This document shows, in pieces, positions 1-8,642 of a stretch of DNA of 36,226 nt. Each line of letters begins with the position of its first letter. Positions within the stretch are counted from its first letter, which is position 1. The DNA comes from a virus (lineage: Duplodnaviria > Caudoviricetes). A program made the translations under genes and the position numbers. The notes under the pieces are model-generated. The model worked only from the letters and a program-made list of their open reading frames with translations. It had not been told where the DNA came from and made no database searches. The stretch covers positions 1-36,226 of IMG/VR virus record IMGVR_UViG_3300005662_003122. The stretch is one strand, 5' to 3'.

Positions 1-1
1 G

Positions 2-646
2 GTGGTCATCCTTGACGAGGCTGACTATCTGAACCCACAGTCAACCCAACCCGCTCTGCGTGGCTTCATCGAAGAGTTCGCCAAGAACTGTCGCTTCATC
101 CTCACTTGCAACTTCAAGCACCGAATCATCGAACCGCTGCACAGCCGTTGCACATGCATCGACTTCAAGATTCCTGCGAAGGAGAAGCCCAAGATGGCGA
201 AGGAGTTTCTTCTTCGTACAAAAGACATCCTTGACAAGGAATCCATTCAGTATGATGAGAGAGTTCTTGCTGAACTGATCATTCGTCATTTCCCCGACTT
301 TCGAAGAGTACTAAACGAGATTCAGCGTTACTCTGTTTCGGGAGCAATCGATACGGGAATCCTAGTTGCTGCTGATGTTGGAGTTGAGTCATTGGTAAAG
401 GCACTTAAGGGAAAGAATTTCAATGAGATTCGAAAGTGGGTTGTTGACAATGCCGACCGTGACACCGCACATGTATTTCGAAAAATCTACGAAACCCTCG
501 TAGATCAGTTGCAGCCGTCATCCGTTCCACAGGCTGTTCTCACTCTTTCGGAGTATCAGCACCGAGCAGCGTTTGCCGCCGATCAAGAGATCAACCTTGC
601 GGCATGTTGCGTAATGTTGGCATCGGAATGTACCTTCAAATCCTAA
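2..646 (+). CDS. gp44: Clamp loader large subunit (T4 gp44-like AAA+), 5'-truncated
   Basis: Walker B ILDEAD, LRGFIEEF, RFILTCN and SRC (LHSRC) RFC motifs; followed by gp62 and regA. Confidence 0.95.
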   Translation: MVILDEADYLNPQSTQPALRGFIEEFAKNCRFILTCNFKHRIIEPLHSRCTCIDFKIPAKEKPKMAKEFLLRTKDILDKESIQYDERVLAELIIRHFPDFRRVLNEIQRYSVSGAIDTGILVAADVGVESLVKALKGKNFNEIRKWVVDNADRDTAHVFRKIYETLVDQLQPSSVPQAVLTLSEYQHRAAFAADQEINLAACCVMLASECTFKS

Positions 647-649
647 ATA
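643..649 (+). promoter_or_regulatory. T4-type late promoter (CTAAATA)
   Basis: CTAAATA overlaps the gp44 stop; GGAGG RBS and ATG 673 follow. Confidence 0.6.
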
Positions 650-672
650 GAAAGGACGAAGGGAGGCATGGC

Positions 673-1401
673 ATGGTTGTAAAGAGCCTCAATGACCTTT
701 CAATCACGATCCATGAGATCGGGAAAAGGTACAACATTCAGAACTATATCGATGAGTTTCGTACATCGATGACAACTGAAGTCAGCCCAAAGTTCTGGGA
801 AGAATTCAATTCGATTCGCACAACTCCAATCGGTGAGATTTCCAATCCTTTGGAAAAAATCATGCTGTTGTCTAGTGTCATTTCCGATGAGGAGATGGAG
901 AAAGTATCAAAAATCAATCAGCGTCTTGAGAAGAAGTATTCCTATACTGACTTTCTCAAAGAATGCGAGAGTGCCCGTCAGGCGTTCTTGCGTGAGCGCA
1001 AGACTTATTTTGCCATGAAAGTGGCAAAGAAGCACAGCGATGATACGGGAAACGGTGGTCTTGGTTCATATTTTGATATCACGGGAATGACTGATGTCAT
1101 GCTAGGCGAATGGCTTGACTCCTTGTTAGAAAAAATCTATCCCGAGCATTTGGATATCGAATACGAAGACATGACGGGGAAGAAAATCAAGACAAAGATT
1201 TCTCACAGGGTTTGCGTAGTTGGGCAAGATTATGTTGAAGCACCCTTGATTGATCGGTATCATGGGAGCAACGCATACGATCAGTTTCTGTTGCATTCCG
1301 TATATGACATCAAGAAGCGCAAATGGATATACATCCCGATGCGATTAATTGTGAGCGTCAAGAGCGAAGAACTTGACATTGATAGAATCGATTTGACATG
1401 A
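673..1401 (+). CDS. Hypothetical protein inserted between gp44 and gp62, probably late-expressed
   Basis: 242-aa ORF; start chosen at ATG 673 after GGAGG; no recognisable family. Confidence 0.75.
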   Translation: MVVKSLNDLSITIHEIGKRYNIQNYIDEFRTSMTTEVSPKFWEEFNSIRTTPIGEISNPLEKIMLLSSVISDEEMEKVSKINQRLEKKYSYTDFLKECESARQAFLRERKTYFAMKVAKKHSDDTGNGGLGSYFDITGMTDVMLGEWLDSLLEKIYPEHLDIEYEDMTGKKIKTKISHRVCVVGQDYVEAPLIDRYHGSNAYDQFLLHSVYDIKKRKWIYIPMRLIVSVKSEELDIDRIDLT

Positions 1402-1793
1402 GCAAACTGAATCCATTTGATTTCATCAAAAGCATCAACGAAAAAACAGGCAACATGATGGACATAAGTCCTGATGCCGAAAAGGACTATGTTCCTTTTG
1501 TTGTGAATCGTGGTCTGTCTTTTAGTTCCGATAGTATTTTCTATGCGAATGAAATGAACTGCTTGCCATTGGCTGAACGGCGAATGCAGTATGACTATCT
1601 TTACCACTCTATTCGAAAGCGAAAGCGATTCGATAAGTGGATCAAGCCTGTAGAGGAAGATGAACCTATTATCGAAGCCGTCATGCTACAGTATTCTGTG
1701 GGGAGAAAGAGGGCAATGGAATACATTCGTTTCCTTCCAAAAGACAGGTTGGATGCCATTCTGAAGGGCAAAGGCGGTTCTAATGCTAAATAA
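1398..1793 (+). CDS. gp62: Clamp loader small subunit (gp62-like)
   Basis: Y.PFVVNRGLS, ANEMN, QYDYLYHSIRKRKRF motifs; synteny. Confidence 0.92.
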   Translation: MSKLNPFDFIKSINEKTGNMMDISPDAEKDYVPFVVNRGLSFSSDSIFYANEMNCLPLAERRMQYDYLYHSIRKRKRFDKWIKPVEEDEPIIEAVMLQYSVGRKRAMEYIRFLPKDRLDAILKGKGGSNAK

Positions 1794-1825
1794 TGCAAGA
1801 GACTTTTATTTGAGAGCATTGAGCC

Positions 1826-2248
1826 GTGAATATAGACCAAATCGTGAACAACTTGGTAGAGGTCACCTTACCCTCGCCAGATAATTTTCTTAAGGTCAAA
1901 GAAACCCTGACCCGCATCGGCATTTCTTCCAAAACAGAGAAGAAACTATATCAGTCTTGCCATATCTTACATAAGAGAGGCAAGTACTATATCGTTCACT
2001 TCAAGGAATTGTTCATGCTGGACGGTCTTGAGAACGACTTCAGCGATTCGGATAAGGGTCGAAGAAATACTATTGCAAATCTCTTGGAGCAATGGGGTCT
2101 AGTAAAAATTGTTAATCCAACAATCACAAAAGACCCCGCTTGTCCGATTTCCCATTTCAAGATTCTTCCTTTTGGAGAGAAGAAAGAATGGGAATTGATA
2201 CCCAAGTACCGAATCGGTATTCGCAAGAAATATATTGACGAAGACTGA
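1826..2248 (+). CDS. regA: RegA translational repressor
   Basis: FLKVKETLTRIGI..LYQSCHILHKRGKYYIVHFKELF signature; GTG start. Confidence 0.96.
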   Translation: MNIDQIVNNLVEVTLPSPDNFLKVKETLTRIGISSKTEKKLYQSCHILHKRGKYYIVHFKELFMLDGLENDFSDSDKGRRNTIANLLEQWGLVKIVNPTITKDPACPISHFKILPFGEKKEWELIPKYRIGIRKKYIDED

Positions 2249-2262
2249 TTTTAGTGTAGACT
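2235..2262 (+). promoter_or_regulatory. Candidate sigma70-type promoter
   Basis: TTGACG-N16-TAGACT upstream of dUTPase, with a GAGG RBS. Confidence 0.45.
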
Positions 2263-2288
2263 GACACAACCAAATTGAGGTATTCATC

Positions 2289-2834
2289 ATGAGTGAACGG
2301 CGTGTCACGCTAGGTTTCCACAAACTTCATCAGGCGGCTTTTCCTCCCGCATATGCTACGGAGGAATCCGCCTGTTTTGATATCCGTGTATGTTTCCCCG
2401 CAGGAAAGCGGGAGGTTGATGCATGGGACAAAAACAGCAGCAATTTTAAGAGTATGGCTTTCGTTGATGAGGTTCGTGGAGATAAGGAGGCATCCGTCCT
2501 GCTTCGTCCAGGATGCCGTATGCTCCTTCCCACCCAACTTGTATTGGATATCCCCCGTGGTTATTCCGTGCGTCTACACATGCGCTCTGGGCTAGCGATC
2601 AAGGGTGGTCTCATGCTGTCTAACTGCGAAGGAGTTATTGACTCCGACTATACGCACCAATTGATGGTTCCCGTAACCAATACGACAATGACCGATATCA
2701 AGATAACTCATGGCGACCGCATCTGCCAAGGCGAAATTGTGGAAAAAATCTACACAGATTTCGTCCAACTTGCCGATGAAGTAAAAGGGAAGACCGACCG
2801 TAGCGGCGGGTTCGGCTCCACAGGAAAGGCTTAA
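2289..2834 (+). CDS. dut: Trimeric dUTPase
   Basis: SACFD, RSGLA, GVIDSDY, RICQG, RSGGFGSTG (motifs I-V). Confidence 0.95.
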   Translation: MSERRVTLGFHKLHQAAFPPAYATEESACFDIRVCFPAGKREVDAWDKNSSNFKSMAFVDEVRGDKEASVLLRPGCRMLLPTQLVLDIPRGYSVRLHMRSGLAIKGGLMLSNCEGVIDSDYTHQLMVPVTNTTMTDIKITHGDRICQGEIVEKIYTDFVQLADEVKGKTDRSGGFGSTGKA

Positions 2835-2836
2835 TT

Positions 2837-3247
2837 ATGCACCGTGATGAATTGCTACAACACCATAAGGCACTTTGCTCAAAGGCTTTCGAACTGATGC
2901 GCCGCAAGAATGCCGATTATGCAGGGCGGCATGGTGTCGAACCGTTCGCCAACTTCACCCGTTGTGAAGCCATGGGCATCTGCAAGACGGAAGCGGGAAT
3001 GCTTGTCAGAATGACCGACAAGATGTCCCGATTGTCTTCGTTCGTGGAAGCGGGTGTGTTTCAGGTCAAGGACGAAAGTCTTGAGGACACCATCCTTGAC
3101 ATGATTAACTACTCGGTTCTTTTCTATTCATACATTCAGTCAAAGAAGGAGGAAGAACATCGTGCGTCTAGACCACACTTCATCGTTGGTGACAATGTTC
3201 AAATTCAGCATTTTGAGCCTGATCCTCCTGTTCCCTCAAACGGCTAA
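2837..3247 (+). CDS. DUF1599 / nucleotide-modification-associated all-alpha protein
   Basis: KNADYA..FANF..RMTDKMSRL..ESLEDTILDMINY pattern. Confidence 0.7.
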   Translation: MHRDELLQHHKALCSKAFELMRRKNADYAGRHGVEPFANFTRCEAMGICKTEAGMLVRMTDKMSRLSSFVEAGVFQVKDESLEDTILDMINYSVLFYSYIQSKKEEEHRASRPHFIVGDNVQIQHFEPDPPVPSNG

Positions 3248-3602
3248 TGCAGGAGAAGTCTCCAACGCAACACTTGATAGGCTTATCCCCGCATTGGTTC
3301 GGGTGGAGTCGAAAGGCGATGCAAAGGCTGTTGGGGACGGAGGCAGAGCAATTGGTCTACTGCAAATTCACCGATGCTATTGGCAAGATGCGGTCGAATT
3401 TGACAAGACGCTCGGCGGGAAATATGAAGACTGCTTCAATCCTGACTACGCCAAGCGAGTTGTACGGGCTTACCTCCGCAGATACGGAACCTCCGATTCG
3501 ACTCTTGAGCAACTGGCAAGAATTCATAACGGTGGACCAGACGGACATAAAGAATCAGCAACATTGAAGTATTGGAAAAAGGTGAAAAGAGAATTGAAAT
3601 GA
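3195..3602 (+). CDS. Secreted lysozyme-fold muramidase (i-type/destabilase-like)
   Basis: Signal peptide MFKFSILSLILLFPQTANA; catalytic VES, GLLQI..YW.DA, ARIHNGGP, YWKKV. Confidence 0.8.
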   Translation: MFKFSILSLILLFPQTANAGEVSNATLDRLIPALVRVESKGDAKAVGDGGRAIGLLQIHRCYWQDAVEFDKTLGGKYEDCFNPDYAKRVVRAYLRRYGTSDSTLEQLARIHNGGPDGHKESATLKYWKKVKRELK

Positions 3603-3871
3603 AGAAAATCAAACCCGTGGGTAAGTGGATCGTTGTACAAAAGCACAATTTTGGTGCTGAAAAGAAAACAGAATCTGGAATCATCTACAAGGAAAAACTA
3701 ACAAATCCAAACATTTGGAGTGTTGTGGTTTCTGTGGGAGATAAGGTCACCGAAGACATTTGTGTTGGTGATCGTGTGCTTTGGGACTTGACCAAGAACA
3801 ATGTTCGTGTACAATACGAGTCTTACGAATTGATTCATCAAGATTGGATTCATGCAACGGAGCGTCAATGA
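3599..3871 (+). CDS. GroES/Cpn10-like co-chaperonin
   Basis: IKPVGKWIVV..KTESGII..VVSVG..VGDRVL pattern; 90 aa. Confidence 0.8.
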   Translation: MKKIKPVGKWIVVQKHNFGAEKKTESGIIYKEKLTNPNIWSVVVSVGDKVTEDICVGDRVLWDLTKNNVRVQYESYELIHQDWIHATERQ

Positions 3872-4260
3872 ATAATGAGCCTTTTGGTTACTCTTACTGC
3901 CTAGACATGTATAACTGTCGTTCAGGTGCAGCAGATGACTTGGAACTTCACTATCGCTTTCTTGAGCGAGTGGTTGACAAGATCGGAATGACTCGCATGA
4001 GTCAGCCTTTTGTCATTCATGGACCAACACAGCAGGGCAAGGAACTGTACCCGCAGAAGGCGGGAGTGAGTGGATGGGTTCCTCTGATTGAAAGCGGAAT
4101 TCAAATCCACTCCATCGAACCAACTCACTTCATCACTCTTGATGTGTACTCCTGCAACAAGTTTGACAAGAACATTATCCTAGAGTATGCCAAGGAGTGC
4201 TTCGATTTTACCGACTTCGAAGAACACTTCTTTGCAAGAGGAACAAAGTACCCATCATGA
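3868..4260 (+). CDS. Pyruvoyl-dependent S-adenosylmethionine decarboxylase-like proenzyme
   Basis: GVSGWVPLIES(G)IQIH..ITLDVYSC..F matches the SpeD/SpeH fold, including the E-S autocleavage site. Confidence 0.8.
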   Translation: MNNEPFGYSYCLDMYNCRSGAADDLELHYRFLERVVDKIGMTRMSQPFVIHGPTQQGKELYPQKAGVSGWVPLIESGIQIHSIEPTHFITLDVYSCNKFDKNIILEYAKECFDFTDFEEHFFARGTKYPS

Positions 4261-5201
4261 ACACGCACCGCATCATTCTTGGCGATTGCATAAAGGGCAT
4301 GGAAACATTGCCTGATGGTTGCATCCATACTTGTATTACATCACCTCCGTATTTTGGTCTTCGTGACTATGAAGGAGGCGAGGACGAAATCGGTCAGGAA
4401 GATACGGTTGAAGGGTATGTACAAAAGATGGTCGATGTATTTCGTGGAGTCAAGAGAATTCTGCGGGATGACGGCACCCTATGGCTAAACCTTGGCGACT
4501 CGTACATGAGCGCAAAGAACTGTGCCCCTCCACCGCAGACGGTAGGGGGTCAGCGTGGTATGCCATCAGACTTCGTTCCTGCAAATCGCAAGGATCAAAA
4601 GGGACTTAAGCAAAAAGACTTGATCGGTATTCCATGGCGAGTAGCCTTTGCGCTGCAAGCAGACGGGTGGTATCTGCGGCAGGATATCATTTGGAACAAG
4701 CCAAATCCCATGCCCGAAAGCGTGGAAGACCGCTGCACCAAAGCGCATGAATACATATTCCTTCTTTCCAAGAAGCCTCGCTACTATTATGACTTTGAGG
4801 CAATCAAGGAACCCGCACAGAATTGGGGAACCCGTGATCGTAGTCAAATGAGAGATGGAACTACCGATCCGAAGTTGAAGCACCACGGACTTGAAGGTAA
4901 GGAGTGGGAAGAGAATCCCATGAAGAACAAGCGATCCGTGTGGACTGTCACAACCCGTTCCTACAAGGGGGCGCACTTTGCGACTTTTCCAAAAGACTTG
5001 ATTCTTCCATGCGTCTTGGCTGGATGCCCAAAGGATGGTACGGTATTCGATCCCTTCACGGGCAGCGGCACAACTGCGGTTGTCTCTCTTTTGAACGGTA
5101 GAAATTACATCGGAACTGAGTTGAATCCTGATTATGTAAAGTTGGCAGAGGATAGAATTGCGGAAGAAGTTCCCCAAACCCTGAAAGACCTCTTTGCATG
5201 A
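4257..5201 (+). CDS. Orphan beta-class N4-C/N6-A DNA methyltransferase
   Basis: TSPPY motif IV N-terminal, HFATFP, DPFTGSGTT motif I C-terminal; no adjacent restriction enzyme. Confidence 0.93.
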   Translation: MNTHRIILGDCIKGMETLPDGCIHTCITSPPYFGLRDYEGGEDEIGQEDTVEGYVQKMVDVFRGVKRILRDDGTLWLNLGDSYMSAKNCAPPPQTVGGQRGMPSDFVPANRKDQKGLKQKDLIGIPWRVAFALQADGWYLRQDIIWNKPNPMPESVEDRCTKAHEYIFLLSKKPRYYYDFEAIKEPAQNWGTRDRSQMRDGTTDPKLKHHGLEGKEWEENPMKNKRSVWTVTTRSYKGAHFATFPKDLILPCVLAGCPKDGTVFDPFTGSGTTAVVSLLNGRNYIGTELNPDYVKLAEDRIAEEVPQTLKDLFA

Positions 5202-7738
5202 AGCCGTTTTATACTGCCGTTAATCAAAAGGGAAGTCGCATCATGCACCGTGGCTATGACAAGCACGGTGCCCGTGTCCATGAGTCTCTGACCTTTCGCC
5301 CGACTCTCTATGTCCCAACCAAGAAGCCGAAGCCGACTTCGTGGAAGACGATTGATGGAACAACTGTTGATCCCATCGACTTTGAGAACACATACGAGGC
5401 ATATGAATTCATCAAGAAGTATTCCGATGTGGAGGGCTTCAAGGTATACGGCGACATTGAAGCACAGTATCAATTCATCGCAGAGAACTATGGTAGCGGT
5501 GGTGAATTGGAGTATGACTCCTCAATGGTTCGCATCATGTACATTGACATCGAAGTTGAGAGCGAGGATGGATTTGCCACTCCTGATGTTCCAACAGAGA
5601 GAGTAAACGCAATCACTCTGTACATGAACGGAACCACATTCTCCTTTGGCTTGGGCAAGTTTTCAATCGATGGCGTGAATTGCTATTCGTTCGATGACGA
5701 GGCGGCAATGCTCCGTCATTTCCTTGAGGCATGGGAAGAACTTGATCCCGACATCATCACGGGGTGGAATGTCAACATGTTCGACATGCCGTACCTGTTC
5801 CGCCGCATCGAAAAACTCATGGGCGAGAAGGAAGCAAAGCGGCTGTCCCCATGGCGTGAAGTTCGCAATCGCAAGGTTGTCATCATGGATCGTCACAATT
5901 GGGTCTATGACTTTGCAGGAATCAGCATACTTGACTATATGGACTTGTATAAGAAGTTCACCTTCGTAACCCGTGAGTCGTACAAATTGCAGCACATTGC
6001 AATGGTGGAGTTGGGAGAGGGGAAGATCGACTATTCCGATGTGGGAACCCTGACCGGTCTGTATCAGCAGGACTTTCAGCGATTCATGGAATATAACATC
6101 AAGGACACCATCCTTGTCTCGCAGTTGGAAGACAAGTTGCGTCTGATCGAACTAGCGCAGGCTCTTGCCTATAGCGCAAGGGGAAACTTCGGGGATGTGT
6201 TTTCCCAAGTCCGAATGTGGGACAGCATCATCTACAACCATCTTCGCACCAAGAAGATCACTATTCCACCGAAGACAGGAAACGACAAGTCCGATCAGTT
6301 TGAAGGTGCATATGTTAAGTCTCCAATCGTAGGTGGGCATGATTGGGTGGTATCCTTCGATCTTGATTCACTTTACCCCCATCTCATCATGCAATACAAC
6401 CTAAGCCCCGAGACAATCGTGGGCGAGAGATTGCCGTCAATCAGCATGGATGCCCTGCTTTCTCCGAACACCGATCCTTCATTGGAAGGCTTCCTTGCCG
6501 TGGCAAAGAAAAAGAATCTTTGCGTGGCGGCGAACGGAACCATGTATCGGCGGGACATCCATGGATTTCTACCCGAACTCATGGATACCATGTATGCACA
6601 ACGCAAGGAATACAAGAAGCGAATGCTTGAGGCGAAGGGTTGGCTCAAGACCGAGGGAAGCAAGGCTAGCCCCGAGGAGTATGCCGCCAAGAAGAAGGAA
6701 GTGTCCAAGTACCATAACTTTCAGTTGGTGCGTAAGGTGCAGTTGAACAGCGCATTCGGTGCCTTGGGCAATCAGTACTGCCGCTATTACAACCTCAGCA
6801 TGGCAGAAGCGATCACCGTGTCGGGGCAGTTGTCGATTCGTTGGGCAGAGGACAATCTGAACCGCTTCCTCAACAAGGCTTGCGGCACGGAAGGCGAAGA
6901 CTATGTGATTGCAGTTGACACGGATTCGGTCTATCTCCGTCTTGGTCCCCTCGTAAACAGAGTATTCTCCGGCAAGGACAAGAAGAAGACCACCGAGATG
7001 GTGGATAAGTTCTGCAATGATGTGATCTCCCCAAAGATTAACAAATGGTATGAGCAGTTGGCGGAAAGAATGAATGCATATGCAAATCGAATGTCCATGA
7101 AGCGAGAAGCCATCGCATCAAAGGGAGTATTCACCGCCAAGAAGCGATACATGCTTGCCGTCCATCTTGGGGAAGATAATGTTTACATGGACGATCCCGA
7201 TCTCAAGATTATGGGAATCGAAACCGCCCGTTCATCGACCCCACAGATCGTCCGTACAAGGCTCAAGGAGGCAATCAAGTTGATCCTGACAGCAGACGAG
7301 GGGGCATTGCACTCTTTCGTTCAGGGCTTCCACAGCGAGTTCCTGACCCTTCCTGTCTACGACATCGCCTTCCCCCGTGGCTGCAACGGCACGGACGATT
7401 ATGCGGACGCTGCCAGCATCTACAAGAAGGGCACTCCGATGCATGTAAAGGGTGCATTGGTCTACAACCATTGGATCAAGAAGAAGGGGTTGTCCAAGAA
7501 GTATCCTCTGATTCGCAACGGCGAAAAGATCAAATATGTCGAATTGAAGGAACCGAACCCTGTTAGAGAAAAGGTGATATCATTCCCCGCCACCTTCCCA
7601 GAAGAATTCGGTCTTGAATCATTTATTGATCATGAAAAGCAATTCGAAAAGTCATTTATTGAGCCGCTGACAACTATCCTAGATGCGGTTGGTTGGTCGG
7701 TAGAAGAAGAAAGTTCTTTGGAGGGTTTGTTTTCATGA
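5198..7738 (+). CDS. gp43: Family B DNA polymerase (gp43-like)
   Basis: Exo DIE, GWN..FD, YNIKD; Pol DLDSLYP, KVQLNSAFG, DTDS, KKRY. Confidence 0.98.
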   Translation: MKPFYTAVNQKGSRIMHRGYDKHGARVHESLTFRPTLYVPTKKPKPTSWKTIDGTTVDPIDFENTYEAYEFIKKYSDVEGFKVYGDIEAQYQFIAENYGSGGELEYDSSMVRIMYIDIEVESEDGFATPDVPTERVNAITLYMNGTTFSFGLGKFSIDGVNCYSFDDEAAMLRHFLEAWEELDPDIITGWNVNMFDMPYLFRRIEKLMGEKEAKRLSPWREVRNRKVVIMDRHNWVYDFAGISILDYMDLYKKFTFVTRESYKLQHIAMVELGEGKIDYSDVGTLTGLYQQDFQRFMEYNIKDTILVSQLEDKLRLIELAQALAYSARGNFGDVFSQVRMWDSIIYNHLRTKKITIPPKTGNDKSDQFEGAYVKSPIVGGHDWVVSFDLDSLYPHLIMQYNLSPETIVGERLPSISMDALLSPNTDPSLEGFLAVAKKKNLCVAANGTMYRRDIHGFLPELMDTMYAQRKEYKKRMLEAKGWLKTEGSKASPEEYAAKKKEVSKYHNFQLVRKVQLNSAFGALGNQYCRYYNLSMAEAITVSGQLSIRWAEDNLNRFLNKACGTEGEDYVIAVDTDSVYLRLGPLVNRVFSGKDKKKTTEMVDKFCNDVISPKINKWYEQLAERMNAYANRMSMKREAIASKGVFTAKKRYMLAVHLGEDNVYMDDPDLKIMGIETARSSTPQIVRTRLKEAIKLILTADEGALHSFVQGFHSEFLTLPVYDIAFPRGCNGTDDYADAASIYKKGTPMHVKGALVYNHWIKKKGLSKKYPLIRNGEKIKYVELKEPNPVREKVISFPATFPEEFGLESFIDHEKQFEKSFIEPLTTILDAVGWSVEEESSLEGLFS

Positions 7739-7866
7739 TAAGACTACTTGAGTCATTCTTGCCGCCGATCATCTTTGTCGGAGTCTGCTACATTTTTATC
7801 TGTTCTTCCGTCATGGTTATGAATCCTAAATACCGTCAATGGCGCAGAGATTCGGATCATTCCTGA
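7735..7866 (+). CDS. Small single-pass membrane protein (43 aa, not in ORF track)
   Basis: ATG overlaps the gp43 stop (ATGA); MIRLLESFLPPIIFVGVCYIFICSSVMVMNPKYRQWRRDSDHS has a hydrophobic segment then basic residues. Confidence 0.5.
   Translation: MIRLLESFLPPIIFVGVCYIFICSSVMVMNPKYRQWRRDSDHS
7826..7832 (+). promoter_or_regulatory. T4-type late promoter (CTAAATA)
   Basis: Motif ends 6 nt before ATG 7839. Confidence 0.6.
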
Positions 7867-8609
7867 AAGAACCGATAAAGTATCCACATGTTCATCTTTC
7901 TTTTGATGATCATTCGGTGTCAAATTGGTATTCGTGCCGTGGGCTGCTAAAGAAGTATGGCGCAAAATCGGTTTTTTATGTCGATTCTTTTCATCTACTT
8001 GAAGTGAGCGAGATTCAAATGCTTCGTGAACTAAAAGAAGATGGGCATGTTATCGGGTGCCACAGCAAATCCCATAAAGATGCTATGGTTTATTCTCGCA
8101 GATATGATATAGAACGATATATTGATGATGAGGTTCTTCCCGCAATGGAAGAGATGGCATCGGCTGGATTTAAGCCAACTCATTTTGCATTCCCATACTC
8201 ACACTTCGATGAAACTCTTTATTCTGCGGTGTCACCGCTTTTTTGTTATGTTCGTCCAGGAAACGAAAGTCATTTCTATTCTGGTGAAAGAATGTATTTC
8301 AGCCCAAACAGAATGAGCAAGGACGAGATACCGAAAGAAGTTTCGATTCGGAATGGTCAAATGCAAAAAGTTCTTGATGATATCAAGGACACCGCAGAAG
8401 CAAATAAAGGAATAAGCATCGTGTTTCACGATGTACGCCTCACGGGCGCACCCGCACACGCAGGCACACACGCACAGGCGCACATCACGCAGGAAGAACT
8501 TGAACTGGTATTGAAGACTTTGAAAGAAGAAGGATATGCATATGAAACCTTTGAGAAGGTGTGCAATTATGGACTGGATCCTTTTGACAAGCCCGATGGC
8601 TTGATGTAA
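7839..8609 (+). CDS. Polysaccharide deacetylase (CE4/NodB-like)
   Basis: LSFDD, IGCHSKSH metal-binding His pair, FAFPY, IVFHD. Confidence 0.85.
   Translation: MAQRFGSFLKEPIKYPHVHLSFDDHSVSNWYSCRGLLKKYGAKSVFYVDSFHLLEVSEIQMLRELKEDGHVIGCHSKSHKDAMVYSRRYDIERYIDDEVLPAMEEMASAGFKPTHFAFPYSHFDETLYSAVSPLFCYVRPGNESHFYSGERMYFSPNRMSKDEIPKEVSIRNGQMQKVLDDIKDTAEANKGISIVFHDVRLTGAPAHAGTHAQAHITQEELELVLKTLKEEGYAYETFEKVCNYGLDPFDKPDGLM
8441..8490 (+). repeat. CGCAC/GGGCGCAC motif cluster 1 (inside deacetylase)
   Basis: CACGGGCGCAC 8441-8451; CGCACAGGCGCACA 8471-8484 (1 mismatch to the primase 14-mer). Confidence 0.7.
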
Positions 8610-8642
8610 GATCACCTAAATCATTCTAGTGAGGTATACACA

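Noticed and set aside
4566-5177. 203-aa minus-strand ORF and other antisense ORFs
   Set aside because: Fully antisense to well-supported + strand genes, with no motifs
6905-6930. Polymerase motif C reads AVDTDS rather than YGDTDS
   Set aside because: Non-Tyr variants occur in T4-like environmental gp43 proteins; the catalytic Asp residues are intact, and no intein or intron is evident
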